Positions 21,243 to 35,119 of a DNA stretch of 56,913 nucleotides are shown one piece after another. This DNA is from Raillietiella orientalis (lineage: Eukaryota). Location of the stretch: NCBI GenBank assembly GCA_036172245.1, contig JAYWIR010000011.1, forward strand, positions 4,588,001 through 4,644,913. The letters run 5' to 3'. The position numbers were made by a program, and so were the translations under genes. Each line of letters starts with the position of its first letter. The first letter of the stretch is position 1. A model generated the notes under the pieces. The model had not been told where the DNA came from. It did not search any database and saw nothing but the letters and a program-made list of their open reading frames with translations.

Positions 21243-24200
21243 TCACAGTCTGCTGGGAGGGTCCGTCATCCTCTGGAGGATGCCGGCAAGCTGTTTCTGC
21301 GTGTGTGGTTCCAGATGGGGCCATCGCGTCGCCATCCTGAGGAAACGGGCGGCATACACGTTGGCATCCCTGTCGCTGGATCCTCCCGTCGCTTTGCTCC
21401 ATGCCACGACGATCCAGCGTAGGCAGCACAGGGCTGCAAGCGAGGCCGCTGGAGGCAGGGCGTCACGGACGAAGAGGGGGCGCAAAGCGTTTCTGGGGTT
21501 GCCTCCGGGGATCCCCAGGGCTGCGGCAAAGCGTTCCCACACGGGACGGAGGGCAACACAATCCACTAACAGGTGGGGGAGGTATTCCCTCTCCCCGCAC
21601 CTGACACAATTAGGGTTGACACCCCCCCGCGTCCAGTGGTGTCGGCGGGCGTTGCAAGGAAGCCCCCAATGCAACACCATCAGTGCCGACTGTGGCCACT
21701 TCCTGGGGAGTGTGCGCGAGTCCGTGAGCACCGGAGGCCACTAGAGATGTTTTTCTGGAACATCCAGTAGCTCTCCCCAGCGCAAAAGTCCATTTGGGGT
21801 GGTCCTCGGGGTCGCAGCGTTGCTGAGCTTACCCGTTCTCCAATCCCCGATCTTCTTTGCCCTGCTGGCGATCTTCACAGTTACCTCCCATTGTGCCGCG
21901 ACGTCGCTGCCCAGATGTTCCCGTAGGGTAGGCAGTACCGCAGCAAGGGAGGTCCTTTGTGCCCACGCTCTCCTTCGGGGATTCTCGATGATTTCTCGGA
22001 GCGTGCGGCGGGCATGCGGCCCGAACAGAGCTATTCGCTCGTGTTGCGGGCTCTGCTCTTGAATCATCGCCCACGTGCGGACGGTTTCCTGCAACCAGGC
22101 AGGACCGCTCGCGGAGCGTACGAGGAACCGCGCCGAGTTGTTCTTCACGAGCTTGGCCGCCCTCAGAAGTTGAAGTCCGCAGTGGCAGATGAAGCTTCGG
22201 AGTGCAGAGTAATACGAAAGTCCCGCATTGCCGGCGGCCCGTTCGACGAGGAGACGTGCAGGGAGGCACCAAGGGGTGCACCAATTTGCTGCCATAAAGG
22301 CAACTACTCAAAACTGGAGCTGTAGCTCCAGCCGCTCCAACGTCAGAAGGCCCAGACCACCATCCCGACGAGGAGCGCACAAGTCCGAAAGACGGACTCG
22401 GGGCCTCCCTCTGCCCCAAAGGGCGATCCTCAGGAGGTCCTTCGTCCTCTTCTTTGACTCCGCTGAGAGGGGGCAAACAAAAAGCAAGGGCGAAGGAGGG
22501 GGGCCGCAAACGCGTTCCACGCCGCGGCCCGTTCCTGCAGGTACAACCTGCCGTCCTGGAACGGGCCGATCGCCGCCTGAACCTTCTGAAGGCAGCCGCA
22601 CCACGCTTCCGCAGGGGAGTAATCCCCCAACGGCACATCAAGGTACTTCAAGTACCTCACCGTAGGGATCCCCAAACGGACCCAGTCCTGCTGCCCTTCC
22701 CACGCCGCTCCGACTGGCATTACGGACGACTTCGCCCTGTTCACCGTCAGTCCTGTTCCACGACTCAGCAGGTCGAAGAATTCCTCGACCGCGGAGGCCG
22801 GGGTGGACATAGGCAGCAGCAGCAGAAGGTCGTCCGCGTACGCCGAAACCGCAGGCGTACCGGGACAATCGCACGGCAGATGCGCCAGAGTCTCCCTGTA
22901 CGCTCTCAGCACCAATTCGAAATAGGCGCTGAAAAGCAAGGGGCTGAGGCTGTCTCCCTGCCGTATGCTGCGTCGCACCGGTACGCCGTACACGGTGGAT
23001 CCACTAAAAAAAACATTAATAAGCGCGTCGCGCCAGCTGGAGCGCAGGTAGGCCAGCAAAGAGGCCGGAAAGCCCAAGCGTTCCAGAAGCTCCAGCAGGA
23101 GATTCTGTTCGACGCATTCGAATGCTTTATGCAAATCGACTGCGACCGCGAGGGCTCCTCTCCCCTCCCGACCATCCCGTCCCACACCAACGGACGCACC
23201 GGAATTCCGGATGTTTATTATGCTCCTTCCTTGTTGGAGTCCTAACCATGTGGAAGTGTGCAACAGGTTCGCCTCCATACTTCGCACGGGAACAGCATAT
23301 GTCTGTTCAGAGCTCATGAAGATTTTGGCGACCCGTCCCAGGCGCTCTGCTTAAACCTTAGCTAGCAACATGGCGTCCGCATTCACTATTGTGATGGGAC
23401 GCCAGCTGTTCATGCTCATAAGGTCTCCTCCCTTAGGGAGGAGCAGCACCTTTGCTGAACGAAACGAGGTGGGAACGTCACCTGTTTCGCGGATCAGCTA
23501 GGTGAGCTGATGTACCAGGGGAGTAAGCTCTGCTGCGAAAGTTTGATAAAACTCCGCGGGCAGGCCGTCCTCCCCTGGAGCCTTCCGCCTCTTGAGCTTT
23601 CCGATGGCCGAGAGGATCTCGTCCATCGTGAAAGGCTCGTCAAGGCTTCTTTTCTCCTCCTCCCTGATCGCTGGAGCACCTTCCGGAAGCAGAAGTCGTG
23701 AGACGTCTCGCTCCGGAGGCGCCCTGGCGTACAGGAAGGAGTAAAATTTCCTCACTATCCCGCGTTTCTGAGCGGGAACCGAGTGCTCCCGGCCCTGGTC
23801 GTCCAGCAAGCTGGCCGACCCGGATTGCCAGGCTTGCCTCTCGGCTCCCGTTCGATACTCTGCTAACCTGCGCATGTCGGGGGTTCTCGCGTAACGTCGG
23901 GCCTGAGGATAGCACCTTTCCTTACGCGGCCCCTCCCCAAATCCCACAGGTAGGCGATGCAGGGGGAACTGGTCGCAGAACTCCTGGACCGACCGCTTGA
24001 AGCGGTCCCAGTCCTGAAGTGTCTGCATCCTGAAGCTCCGCATAAACCCGCGGAGGTGCTCCGCCGCGTGGGGAAACTACAGCCAGTCCCCTGGCAGACG
24101 CCACGCTGACGAGGGGGGGTCCTTGTCGCGCGGATGCACTTCGAACATGATCCGACCATGGTCCGAAAGCTCGGATGGTACCTTGCCGCGCCTGCCCACC

Positions 24201-24823
24201 CGAAAGCATAGGTGCTGATCAAGGTACACGTGATCGATGCTGTTTTCCATGGCCGTGTCCCCGGCCAACAAGTTGCGCGTGTTCATTTCTGCGCACAACT
24301 CGTTGACGCAGTCGTTCAGTGTATCCGGCGCACCTCAAAGCAGGCGCAGGTTGAAATCACCTGCGATCAGGTGCGCTTTGCGAACTCCCTCATCGGTCAG
24401 CCAATCGCGTCTCAGGGCAAGGTAGAATTCCCTTCTTGCCTTCGCCCTCAACGCGTTGTTTCCTCTAGGAGCGTATAGGTTGGTGACGACCAGGTCGATA
24501 GAGTCCGACCAGCTGAGAGTCAGCTGACCGACGCGACCTGCGTCATCGAACCGAACGTCCTTTATTGCGGTCTCGATGGCTGGCCGAAGCAGGAAGGCGA
24601 CACCGCTTGATTTCGCGGTGCCGCAACGCCACAACAGCCGCCCACCCGAGATCCGTTCGATCTCCCGGGCTTGATCTGCGGAGATCACGTGGATCTCCTG
24701 CAGCAGCACCTGGTCGAAGGATGCCAGGGTGGCGGCCACGTCACGCCTCTTGCCGTCGTCGCTTAGCCCGTTCACGTTCCAACAGGCGCTCAGAAGACGA
24801 CGGCGAGAGGCGCTTCCCGGCAT
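21243..24823 (-). pseudogene. B1 ORF2 (APE-RT-zinc finger), disrupted
   Basis: ORFs 24335-24823, 23498-24043, 22430-23317, 21741-22295, 21243-21731. Confidence 0.9.
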
Positions 24824-26465
24824 TATGGCTGGGAAAGTTGCGTCGCGCCACCTGCCGCGGGGCAGGTGTAGGACAGGTCCATCGGTACGAGGACGGAGGC
24901 CTCTTCAGGCGCCTGGGTTACCTGTTTGGCCTCCATCCTCACCATCCTCTCCGTGTCCAAGCGTGGAATTCTCTCGGGCGACGGGTCCCGGGAGTTTCCC
25001 ACGCTCATGGCACCCTCGCTACCGGAAGCTATCTCTTCCACTTCGTCGGGGGAGACGATCTTCCGGGGCATTGTGGACTTTCGTCATGCCTTTTTGCGGG
25101 GTGCCGCGGAGATGGATGCTGTGTTTCCGGCCTTCACCTCGGGGTCGGAAGTGGCCGACTCCTGAGTGGAAGCCGGACGCCTGACGGCCTTCTTGCCAGC
25201 CTTGGGGGCAACAGGCTGCAACGAGGCAGCCAGCTCCTCCGCGGCGCGCTCGAAGGCGACGTCATCGAGCGTGGGCTCGATGACGGACGCCGCCGCCTCG
25301 CTCCCCTCCTTGTTCACTTTGTCAACGGAGGGTTGAGCAGGGGCAGCAGCGAGTTCTTTAGCGCCGCATTCGTCGATGGCGGGAATCCGCTTTACAACGA
25401 CGCAGCAGCTTTTAATTTTTTCGCGGCGCAGAGCGGTTTCGCTCCGTTTCGCCACGTTCTTTCCCTTCTTAGGGGAGTTTTTCTTGGGATCGACCTTCTG
25501 CCACCCTGGCTCTTGACCCTCGCCCTCGACCTTTTCGGCGTTTTTCGCCGGGGTCTCGGGGCTGGCCTTCGCCTTGGTGGCGGAAGTGACCTCCTTAGGA
25601 GCAGCACGAGCTGCCAGCTTTTTCCTCTTTTTAGCCGCGCGCTTTCTCGCGTTTTTCGCGGACACGACGCGGACTGTGTTTTGGGGGCACACCAGACGGG
25701 TGTGAACGCTTGTTTGCATTGCTGGCACTGCACGCTCGGACACTTCATTTTAAGGTGACCAAAGCTGCTGCAGCAGCCGCAAAACTTGGGTTTTCCCACG
25801 TACCACACGTCCACGGATTCACCGTTCACGGTGAGTTTGTGGGGAACCTCACATCCCTCGCGAACCGTCACTCGCGCTGCACCCAGGCCGCCAAGCAACC
25901 CGTCGTAATCGACAAAAGGAGTAGGCTTTCCCCACAGCGCGTGGACAGTTGCGAATTTTTCCAATTCGTTCCGGACGGCCTCCTTCGTCATCGGAAACGT
26001 GATACCGGTCAGGTGAATGATGACCGACCGGTCTTTAGTAATTGGGAGAAGCCTTTGGCTGCCCATAATTACGGGGGTTCGCAGAAGTCTCTGCGCAAGA
26101 GTTGCCTCCTTGCAGATTACATCTGCGAATTGTCCCCCGCTTCTGACGGACATAGCCAGAAGCTCCTCTTTCTGTACGCCGAGAACGCGCATCTCCTGTG
26201 AGAAGGCGCGCGCGTTCTCGGGAGATTATAGACCGCCTACCTGATATAGAAGGGGTGGGTTATACCCCTCCTCCAGGTAAGCGCGTATTTCCTCCATAGC
26301 CGCTGGCGTAGGTGCCGCAACCACGGCGTTCCAAGCCCTGGGTAGGGCCGGGGGCGCATCCGTGCTGGCGGGAGCCTCCACTGATGCGGGAGCTTCAACC
26401 TCCATCTGCTCCGGGGGCAATGAGGTCATCGCCCCCGGATCCTCACCGGTGGTGGTATCAGGCAT
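24823..26465 (-). pseudogene. B1 ORF1, disrupted
   Basis: ORFs 26226-26465, 25392-26192 (CGCCSSFGHLKMKC), 25084-25743, 24823-25071. Confidence 0.9.
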
Positions 26466-26547
26466 TTCTGCCTAATCTTCCACCCACACCACGCACAAGC
26501 ACCAACGGAAATGGAACTCAGGAGCAACGAAAAGACAGGTCCGCTCG

Positions 26548-26564
26548 ACGCTCCGGAATCTCCA
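26548..26564. repeat. 17-bp target-site duplication of B2 (partner at 32102-32118)
   Basis: acgctccggaatctcca identical at both ends. Confidence 0.95.
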
Positions 26565-26777
26565 TTGAAACCCGGGTGCGCCGGGACGTTTATTCTAACG
26601 AATAAACTTATACAATCTGTGACTGGACCAGTAGTCCAGCCACGCCCTGGAAAGATATAGCCTGCCGGGCTACCGGTTTGCAGACCGGCGCGGTCGACCT
26701 CGGCAGCAGAGGGGAGGGGGAACGAAACAAAAAGAAAACAAAAAATAAACAAAAATCAGGGAGGGAGCGGGAAGGGA

Positions 26778-29700
26778 TCACAGTCTGCTGGGAGGATCCG
26801 TCATCCTCTGGAGGATGCCGACAAGCTGTTTCTGCTTGTGTGGTTCCAGATGGGGCCATCGCGTCGCCATCCTGAGAAAACGGGCAGCATACACGTTGGC
26901 ATCCCTGTCGCTGGACCCTTCCGTCGCTTTGCTCCATGCCACGACGATCCCGCGTAGGCAGCACAGGGCTGCAAACGAGGCTGCTGGAGGCAGGGCGTCA
27001 CGGACGAAGAGGGGGCGCAAAGCGTCTCTAAGGTTGCCTCCGGGGATCCCCAGGGCTGCGGCAAAGCGTTCCCACAAGGGACGGAGGGCAACACAATCCA
27101 CTAACAGGTGAAGGAGGTATTCCCTCTCCCCGCACCTGACACAATTAGGGTTGACACCTCCCCGCGTCCAGTGGTGTCGGCGGGCGTTGCAAGGAAGCCC
27201 CCAATGCAACACCATCAGTGCCGACTGTTGCCACTTCATGGGGAGGGTGCGCGAGTCCATGAGCACCGGAGGCCACTCGAGATGTTCCTCTGGAACATCG
27301 AGTAGCTCTCCCCAGCGCAAAAGTCCATTTGGGGTGGTCCTCGGGGTCGCAGCGTTGGTGAGCTGACCCGTTCTCCAATCCCCGATCTTCTTTGCCCTGC
27401 TGGCGATCTTCACAGTTACCTCCCATTGTGCCGCGAAGTCGCTGCCCAGATGTTCCCGTAGGGTAGGCAGTACCGCAGCAAGGGAAGTTCTTTGTGCCCG
27501 CGCTCTCCTTCGGGGATTCTCGATGATTTCTCGGAGCGTGCAGCGGGCATGCGGCCCGAACAGAGCTATTCGCTCGTGCTGCGGGCTCTGCTCCTGAATC
27601 ATCGCCCACGTGCGGACGGTTTCCTGCAACCAGGCAGGACCGTTCGCGGGGCGTACGAGGATCCGCGCCGAGTTGTTCTTCACGAGCTTGGCCGCCCTCC
27701 GAAGTTGAAGTCCGCAGTGGCAGATGGGGCTTCGGAGTGCAAAGTAGGACGAGAGTCCCGCATTGCCGGTGGCCCGCTCGACGAGGAGACGTGCAGGGAG
27801 GCACCAAGGGGTGCACCAATTTCCTGCCATAAAGGCAACAACCCGGAACTGGAGCTGTAGCTCCAGCCGCTCCAACGTCAGGAGGCCCAGACCACCATCC
27901 CGACGAGGAGCGCACAAGTCCGAAAGACGGACTCAAGGCCTCTCTCTGCCTCAAAGGGCGATCCTCAGGAGGTCCTTCGTCCTCTTCTTTGACTCCGCTG
28001 AGGGGGGGCAAACAAAAAGCAAGGGGCGAAGGAGGGGGGCCGCCAACGCGTTCCACGCCGCGGCCCGTTCCTGCAGGTACAACCTGCCGTCCTGAAACGG
28101 GCCGATCGCCGCCTGAGCCTTCTGAAGGCAGCCGGACCACGCTTCCGCAGGGGAGTCCTCCCCCAACGGCACACCAAGGTACTTGAAGTACCTCACCGTG
28201 GGGATCCCCAAACGGACCCAGTCCTGCTGCCCTGCCCACGCCGCTCCGACTGGCATTACGGACGACTTCGCCCTGTTCACCGTCAGTCCTGTTCCACGAC
28301 TCAGCAGGTCGAAGAATTCCTCGACCGCCGAGGCCGTGGTGGACATAGGCAGCAGCAGCAGAAGATCGTCCGCGTACGCCGAAACCGCAGGCGTACCGGG
28401 GCAATCGCACGGCAGGTGCGCAAGAGTCTCCCTATACGCTCTCAGCACCAATTCGAAAAAGGCGCGAAAGAGCAGGGGGCTCAGGCTGTCTCCCTGCCGT
28501 ATGCCGCGTCGCACCGGTACTCCGTGCACGGTTTGCCCGCTGAAAAGAACATTAATGAGCGCGTCGCGCCAGCTGGAGCGCAGGTAGGCCAACAAAGAGC
28601 CCGGGAAGCCCAAGCGTTCCAGAAGCTCCAGGAGGAGATTCTGGTCGACGCTGTCGAATGCTTTACGCAAGTCGACAGCGACCGCAAGGGCTCCCTTCCC
28701 CACCCAACCGTTCCGTCTCCCGCCAACGGACGCACCGGAATTCCGGCTGCTCAATAAGCCCCTTCCTTGTTGGAGCTCTAACCATGTGGGAGCGTGGAAC
28801 AGGTTCGCCTCCATGGTCCGCCCGGGAACAGCATAAGTCTGTTCCGAGCTGATGAAGATGTTGGCGACCCGTCCCAGGCGCTCTGCCCACATCTTGGCTA
28901 TCAACTTGGCGTCCGCATTCACTATTGTGATGGGACGCCAGTTGTTCATGCTCCTTAGGTCTCCTCCCTTCGGGAGGAGATGCACCTTTACTGAACGAAA
29001 CGAGGTGGGAACGTCACCTGTTTCACGGATCAGCAAGGTGAGCTGATGTATCAGGGGAGTAAGCTCAGCCGCGAAAGTTTGGTAAAACTCCGCGGGCAGG
29101 CCGTCCTCCCCTGGAGCCTTCCGCCTCTTGAGCTTTCCGATGGACGATAGGATCTCGTCCATCGTGAAAGGCTCGTCGAGGCTTCTTTTCTCCTCCTCCC
29201 CGATCGCTGAAGCACCTTCCGGAAGCAGAAGTCGTGAGACGTCTCGCTCCGGAGGCGCCCTGGCGTACAGGGAGGAGTAAAATTTTCTTACTATCCCGCG
29301 TTTCTGAGCGGGAACCGAGTGCTCCCGGCCCTGGTCGTCCAGCAAGCTGGCCGATCCGGATTGCCAGGCTTGCCTCTCGGCTGCCGCTCGGTACTCTGCT
29401 AACCTGCGCATGTCGGGGGTTCTCGCGTAACGTCGGGCCTGAAGATAGCACCTTTCGTTACGCGGCCCCTCCCCAAAACCCGCAGGTAGGCGATGCAGGG
29501 GGAACTGGTCGCAGAACTCCTGGACCGACCGCTTGAAGCGGTCCCAGTCCTGAAGTGTCTGCATCCTGAAGCTCCGAATAAACGCGCGGAGGTGCTCCGC
29601 CGCGTCGGGAAACTTCAGCCAGTCCCCTGGCAGACGCCATGCTGACGAGGGGGGGCCCTTGTCGCGCGGACGCACTTCGAACATGATCCGACCATGGTCC

Positions 29701-30358
29701 GACAGCTCGGATGGTACCTTTCCGGGCCTGCCCACCCGAGAGCATAGGTGCTGATCAAGGTACACGTAATCGATGCTGCTTTCCATGGCCGTGTCCCCGG
29801 CCAACAAGTTGCGCGTGTTCATTTCTGCGCACAACTCGTTGACGCGGTCGTTCAATGTATCCGGCGCACCTGAAAGCAGGCGCAGGTTGAAATCACCTGC
29901 GATCAGGAGCGCTTTGCGAACTCGTGCATCGGTCAGCCAATCGCGTCTCAGGGCAAGGTAGAATTCCCTTTTGCCTTCGCCTTCAACGCGTTATTTCCGC
30001 TAGGAGCGTATAGGTTGGTGACGACCAGGTCGATAGAGTCGGACCAGCTGAGAGTCAGCTGACTGACGCGACCTGCGTCATCGAACCGAACGTCCTTTAT
30101 TGCGGTGTCGATGGCTGGCCGAAGCAGGAAGGCGACACCGCTTGATTTCGCGTTGCCGCAACGCCACAACAGCCGCCCACCCGAGATCCGTTCGATCTCC
30201 CGGGCTTGATCTGCGGAGATCACGTGGATCTCCTGCAGCAGCACCAGGTCGAAGGATGCCAGGGTGGCGGCCACGTCACGCCTCTTGCCGTCGTCGCTTA
30301 GCCCGTTCACTTTCCAACAGGCGATCAGAAGACGACGTCGAGAGGTGATTCCCGGCAT
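26778..30358 (-). pseudogene. B2 ORF2, nearly intact
   Basis: ORFs 29948-30358, 27951-29855 (634 aa, RT core with YADD), 26778-27917. Confidence 0.9.
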
Positions 30359-32019
30359 TATGGCTGCGAAAGTGGCGTCGCGGCACCTGCCGCGGGGCAG
30401 GTGTACGAAAGGTCCATCGGTACGAGGACCATCGGAACGAGGACGGAGGCCTCTTCAGGCGCCTGGGGTACCTGTTCGGCCTCCATCCTCTCCATCCCCT
30501 CCGTGTCCGAGCGGGGAATTCTCTCGGGCGACGGGTCCCGGGAGTTTCCCACGCTCATGGCACCCTCGCTACCGGAAGCCATCTCTTCCCCTTCGTCGGG
30601 GGAGACGATCTTCCGGGGCATTGTGGACTTTCGTCCTGCCTTTTTGCGGGGTGCCGCGGAGATTGATGCTGTGTTTCCGGCCTTCACCTCGGGGTCGGAA
30701 GTGGCCGACTCCTGAGGGGAAGCCGGACGCCTGACGGCCTTCTTGCCAGCCTTGGGGGCAACCGGCTGCAACGAGGCAGCCAGATCCTCCGCGGCGCGCT
30801 CGAAGGCGACGTTATCGAGCGTGGGCTCGATGACGGACGCCGCCGCCTCGCTCCCCTCCTTGTTGACTTTGTCAACGGAGGGTTGAGCAGGGGCAGCAGC
30901 GAGTTCTTTAGCCCGCGCACCATTCGTCGATGGCGGGAATCCGCTCTACAACGACGCAGCAGCTTTCAATTTTATCGCGGCGCAGAGCGGTTTCGCTCCG
31001 TTTCGCCACGTTCTTTTCCTTCTTATGGGAGTTTTTCTTGGGGTCGACCTTCTGCCACCCTGGCTCTTACCCTCGCCTTCGACTTTTTCGGAGTTTTTCG
31101 CCGAAGTCTCGGGGCTGGCCTTCGCCTTGGTGGCGGAGGTGACCTCCTTAGCAGCAGCACGAGCTGCCAGCTTCTTTCTCTTTTTTGCCGCGCGCTTTCT
31201 CGCGTGTTTCGCGGACACGACGCGGACTGTGTTTTGGGGGCACACCAGACGGGTGTGCCCCGCTTGTTTGCATTGCTCGCACTGCACGGTCGGACACCTC
31301 ATTTTAAAGTGACCAAAGCTGCTGCAGCAGCCGCAAAACTTGGGTTTCCCCACGTACCACACGTCAACGGATTCACCGTTGACGGTGAGTTTGTGGGGAA
31401 ACTCACATCCCTCGCCAACCGTCACTCGCGCTGCACCCAGGCCGCCAAGCACACCGTCGTGATCGACAAAAGGAGTAGGCTTGCCCCACAGCGCGTGGAC
31501 AGTTGCAAACTTTTCCAATTCGTTCCAGACGGCCTCCTTCGCCATCCGGAACGTGATACCTGTCAGGTGAATGATCACCAACCGGTCTTCAGTAATGGGG
31601 AGAAGTTTCCGGCTGCTTATAATTACGGGGGTTCGCAGAAGTCTCTGCGCAAGAGTTGCCTCCTTGCAGATAACTTCCACAAATTGACCCCCGCTTCTGA
31701 CGGACATAGCCAGAAGCTCCTCTTTCTGTACGCCGAGAACGCGCATCGCCTGTGAGAAGGCGCGCGCGTTCTCGGAAGAATATAGACCGCCTACCTTATA
31801 TAGAAGGGGTGAGTTATACCCCTCCTCCAGGTAAGCGCGCATTTCCGCCATAGCTGCTGGCGTAGGTGCCGCAGCCACGGCGTTCCAAGCCCTGGGTAGG
31901 GCCGGGGGCGCATCCTTGCTGGCGGGAGCCTCCACTGATGCGGGAGCTCCCACCTCCATCTGCTCCGGGGGCAATGAGGTCATCGCCCCCGGATCCTCAC
32001 CGGTGGTGGTATCAGGCAT
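30358..32019 (-). pseudogene. B2 ORF1, frameshifted
   Basis: ORFs 30946-32019 (two knuckles) and 30358-30771. Confidence 0.9.
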
Positions 32020-32101
32020 TTCTGCCTAATCCTTTACCCACACCACGCACAAGCACCAACGGAAATGGAACTCAGGAGCAACGAAAAGACACGTCCGCTC
32101 G

Positions 32102-35100
32102 ACGCTCCGGAATCTCCAGGACTGGGACCTTTTTAAGGAATCTGTCCGCGAGTTCTGTGAGCAGTTCCCCCTGGATCGCCTGCCCACCGGATTCGGCGAG
32201 GGTGCTCGCAACTATCGGGCCTATTTACGGGCTCGTAGGTACGAGAGAACCCCTAATGTCCGTCGCCTGGCTGAGTACCGCGCCGGTGCCGAACGCCAAG
32301 CCTGGAAATCCGGGTCGGCCAGCTTGGTGGACGACCAGGGCCGGAAATGTTCGTCCGCGGCGTCGGTACGGCATCTCGTGCGGAGTTTTTATTCCTCCCT
32401 TTACGCCAGGGAGCCCCCTAATCGAAACGCATCTAGGCGCTTGCTTCCGGATGGCACCCGGCAATAGGGGAGGAGGAGATGGAAAGCCTTGACGAGCCTT
32501 TTACCACCGGCGAAATTCTCGCCGGTATCAAAAGGCTCAAGAGGCGTAAAGCTCCAGGGGAAGACGGCTTGCCCGCGGAGTTCCTTCAGAGCTTCCCGGA
32601 AGAGCTGGCACCCCTGCTGCTTAAGCTGATCAGGCTGATCCGAGACGAAGGCGATGTTCCCGCCTCGTTTCGGTCAGCCAGAGTGAGGCTCCTTCCGAAA
32701 GGGGGAGACCTCAGGAATTTAAAGAACTGGCGTCCGATCACGATCGTGAATACGGACGCCAAGTTGATAGCAGGGCTATGGGCTTCGCGTCTGGGGCAGG
32801 TGGCAGAATCCGTAATTAGCCCGGAGCAGACTTATGCTGTTCCCGGGCGAAGTTTGGATGCCAACCTCTTCTTCGCAAGCACATGAGTGCAGCTGCAGAG
32901 AAGAGAAAAGAAAGGGATAGGGAAAGTCGGCAACCCCACATTGGGGCCGCAAGCCGGGCTGGGAAGGGACCCCCGTGCAGGAAAGGGGGCCTTAGCGCTC
33001 GCAGTCGATCTCCACAAGGCGTTCGACTGTGTAGACCAGGAACTCATCTTGGAGCTCGTGGGTCGCATGGGCTTTCCACCCTCCCTGATTTCCTACCTGC
33101 GCTCTTGCTGGCGGAATGCGATGATTACAGTCTGTTTCAGTGGACAGAAGGTGTATGGCGTGCCGGTGCGGCGGGACATAAGGCAGGGCGATAGCCTCAG
33201 CCCCCTGCTCTTTAGCACCTACTTTGAGTTGGTGCTGAGAGCGTGCAGCGTGACCTTGGCCCCCTTGCCGAGCTCGTGCCCCGGCACGCCCGCCGTAGCA
33301 GCGTACGCCGACGATCTTCTGCTCTTGTTCCAATGTCCACCCCGGCAAAGGCGGTCGGAGACTTCTTCGATCTGCTCAGCCGCGGGACCGGACTGCAGGT
33401 TAACAGGGCGAAGTCGTCGTTTGTGCCAATAAATGCGGCGTGGGCAGGGAAGCAGGACTGGTTCCGTCTGGGGATCCCTACGGCGAGGTGCTTCAAGTAC
33501 CTTGGTGTGCCGTTCGGGGACTACTCCCCTGCTAAAGCGTGGTCCAGCTGCCTCCAAAAAGTCGAGACGGCGATCGGCCCGTTCCTGGGAGGCAAGTTTC
33601 ACTTGCCGGAACGATCCGCAGTTTGGAACGCCTTCGCGGCCCCCATCCTCCGCCCCTTGCTTTTTGTTTGCCTCCCCACCGTAGAATCCAAGAAGAGGAC
33701 GAAGGACTTCCTACGTATCGCCCTTCGGGGCAAGGGGAGGCCCCGAGTCCCACTGAAGGACTTGTGCGCTCCGCGTCGGGACGGCGGACTTGGCCTCCTG
33801 ACGCTGGAGCGCGTGGAGAAGCAGCTGCGGTGGTGAACCCTCGCCATCGCAGCGAAGATGTGATGCACCCCTTGGTGCACTGCGGCTTGCCTCCTAGCCA
33901 GCCGTGTGTCCCGGTGCGATGGACTCGCGTCTTTTCTTCTCAGCCGTGGCCGGAAGATGCGAAGATGCGGCCTACTTCTCGGGCGCATGGCCACATTGCG
34001 CAAGGAGAACAGCTGGATGGTTTGCTGACCCGCCAACTCTTCCGCCTGGCTGGAGGAGAATATTGGAACGTGGGCAGTGGCTCACCAGAGAAGCCACGAG
34101 ACGTGGAATCGTCTCCGATGCAGCCCCTACGCCCGCTGCACGCTGCGGAATCTCCTGGAGAGTCCAGCAAGATGCACGTGGGCAGGGACGACCTGCCTAG
34201 CTACGGCGCTGCCCTTCCTGAGGAGGGCACTTCACAGCAGCCGGACGCCAAGGTGGCAAGTCTCCTGCTGCATCAAGGGACGCGAGAAGTTAATCAGCGG
34301 CTGGACAACAGGAGAACTGGCCGACGCCACGATCCTGAGCGTCCAGCCGCGAGGACTAAGAAGATGGGGCGAGCTGCTGGCCATCCCTATGGATGTGCTG
34401 AAGTGAACCCCGCTTCTTCAGGAATCCAGGATCCTGCCCCTTAAGTGGAAAGAGTCGGCGTTGCTGTTGTTGCATTGGGGTTTATTCTGCAACGCACGCC
34501 GCTCTCACTGGACAAGAGGAGTTGTGGATCCTGCGTGTGTCAGGTGCGGAGAGCGGGAATCGCTCTCCCACCTTATTGTGGACTGTGCTGCCCTCCGTCC
34601 TTTTTGGGAACGGTTTGGGACGATCCTCGGTCTCCAGACGGGCAGTTGCCCTAGAGACGTTCTTCGGCCTTTCTTTGTGAAGGACGCCCTGCAGCCAGCC
34701 GCAGCCCTTGCAGCCTTGTGCTGCGTCCGAGGCATCGTGGCGGCATGGAGCGACACCAACAAGGAAGGAGTGGGTCAACACGCGAGGGATGTCATCCCAT
34801 ATGCCCAACGCTTCTTGTGGAGAGCTGCTGGATGGCCCCAACTGGGGAATCTACGGATGGACCTCGAGGGCTTCCTTCAACGGATGGGCCCTCCTCTCAG
34901 CGAACAGTGATCCCTTCCCTGCCCCCCAACCTCACTTGTTTGTTTGCCTTTTTGTTTTTATTTTTGTTTTTCTCCATCCCCTTTCGCTGCCGGGGAGTGC
35001 CACTCCGGGCTGCGTCCCGGCGTCCCGGTAGGTCCCGTGCATAAGGCCGTGAGCGGGTCCTGGTACCGCAATTGTAGAGTTTTTTATAAATAAACGCCCC

Positions 35101-35119
35101 GGGCGTACCTGGGTGACAA
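32102..35119 (+). mobile_element. Family F 3' half: linker, RT, C-terminus, 3'UTR and terminus
   Basis: Resumes at TLRNLQDWD; DLHKAFD, YADD, CVRC..HLIVDC; stop at 34908-34910; terminal hairpin at 35089-35119. Confidence 0.9.

Larger units (their letters stand above)
21031..26547 (-). mobile_element. Copy B1 (family B), full length about 5.5 kb
   Basis: 5' cgagcggacctgtctttt, ORF1, TAATG, ORF2, terminal hairpin at 21031-21059. Confidence 0.95.
26565..32101 (-). mobile_element. Copy B2 (family B), full length, tandem with B1
   Basis: Highly similar to B1; perfect 17-bp TSD; terminal hairpin at 26565-26594. Confidence 0.95.

Noticed and set aside
21031..32101. B1/B2 tandem as an assembly duplication
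   Set aside because: Copies differ by many substitutions, indels and a 15-bp duplication, and are separated by a clean 17-bp target copy
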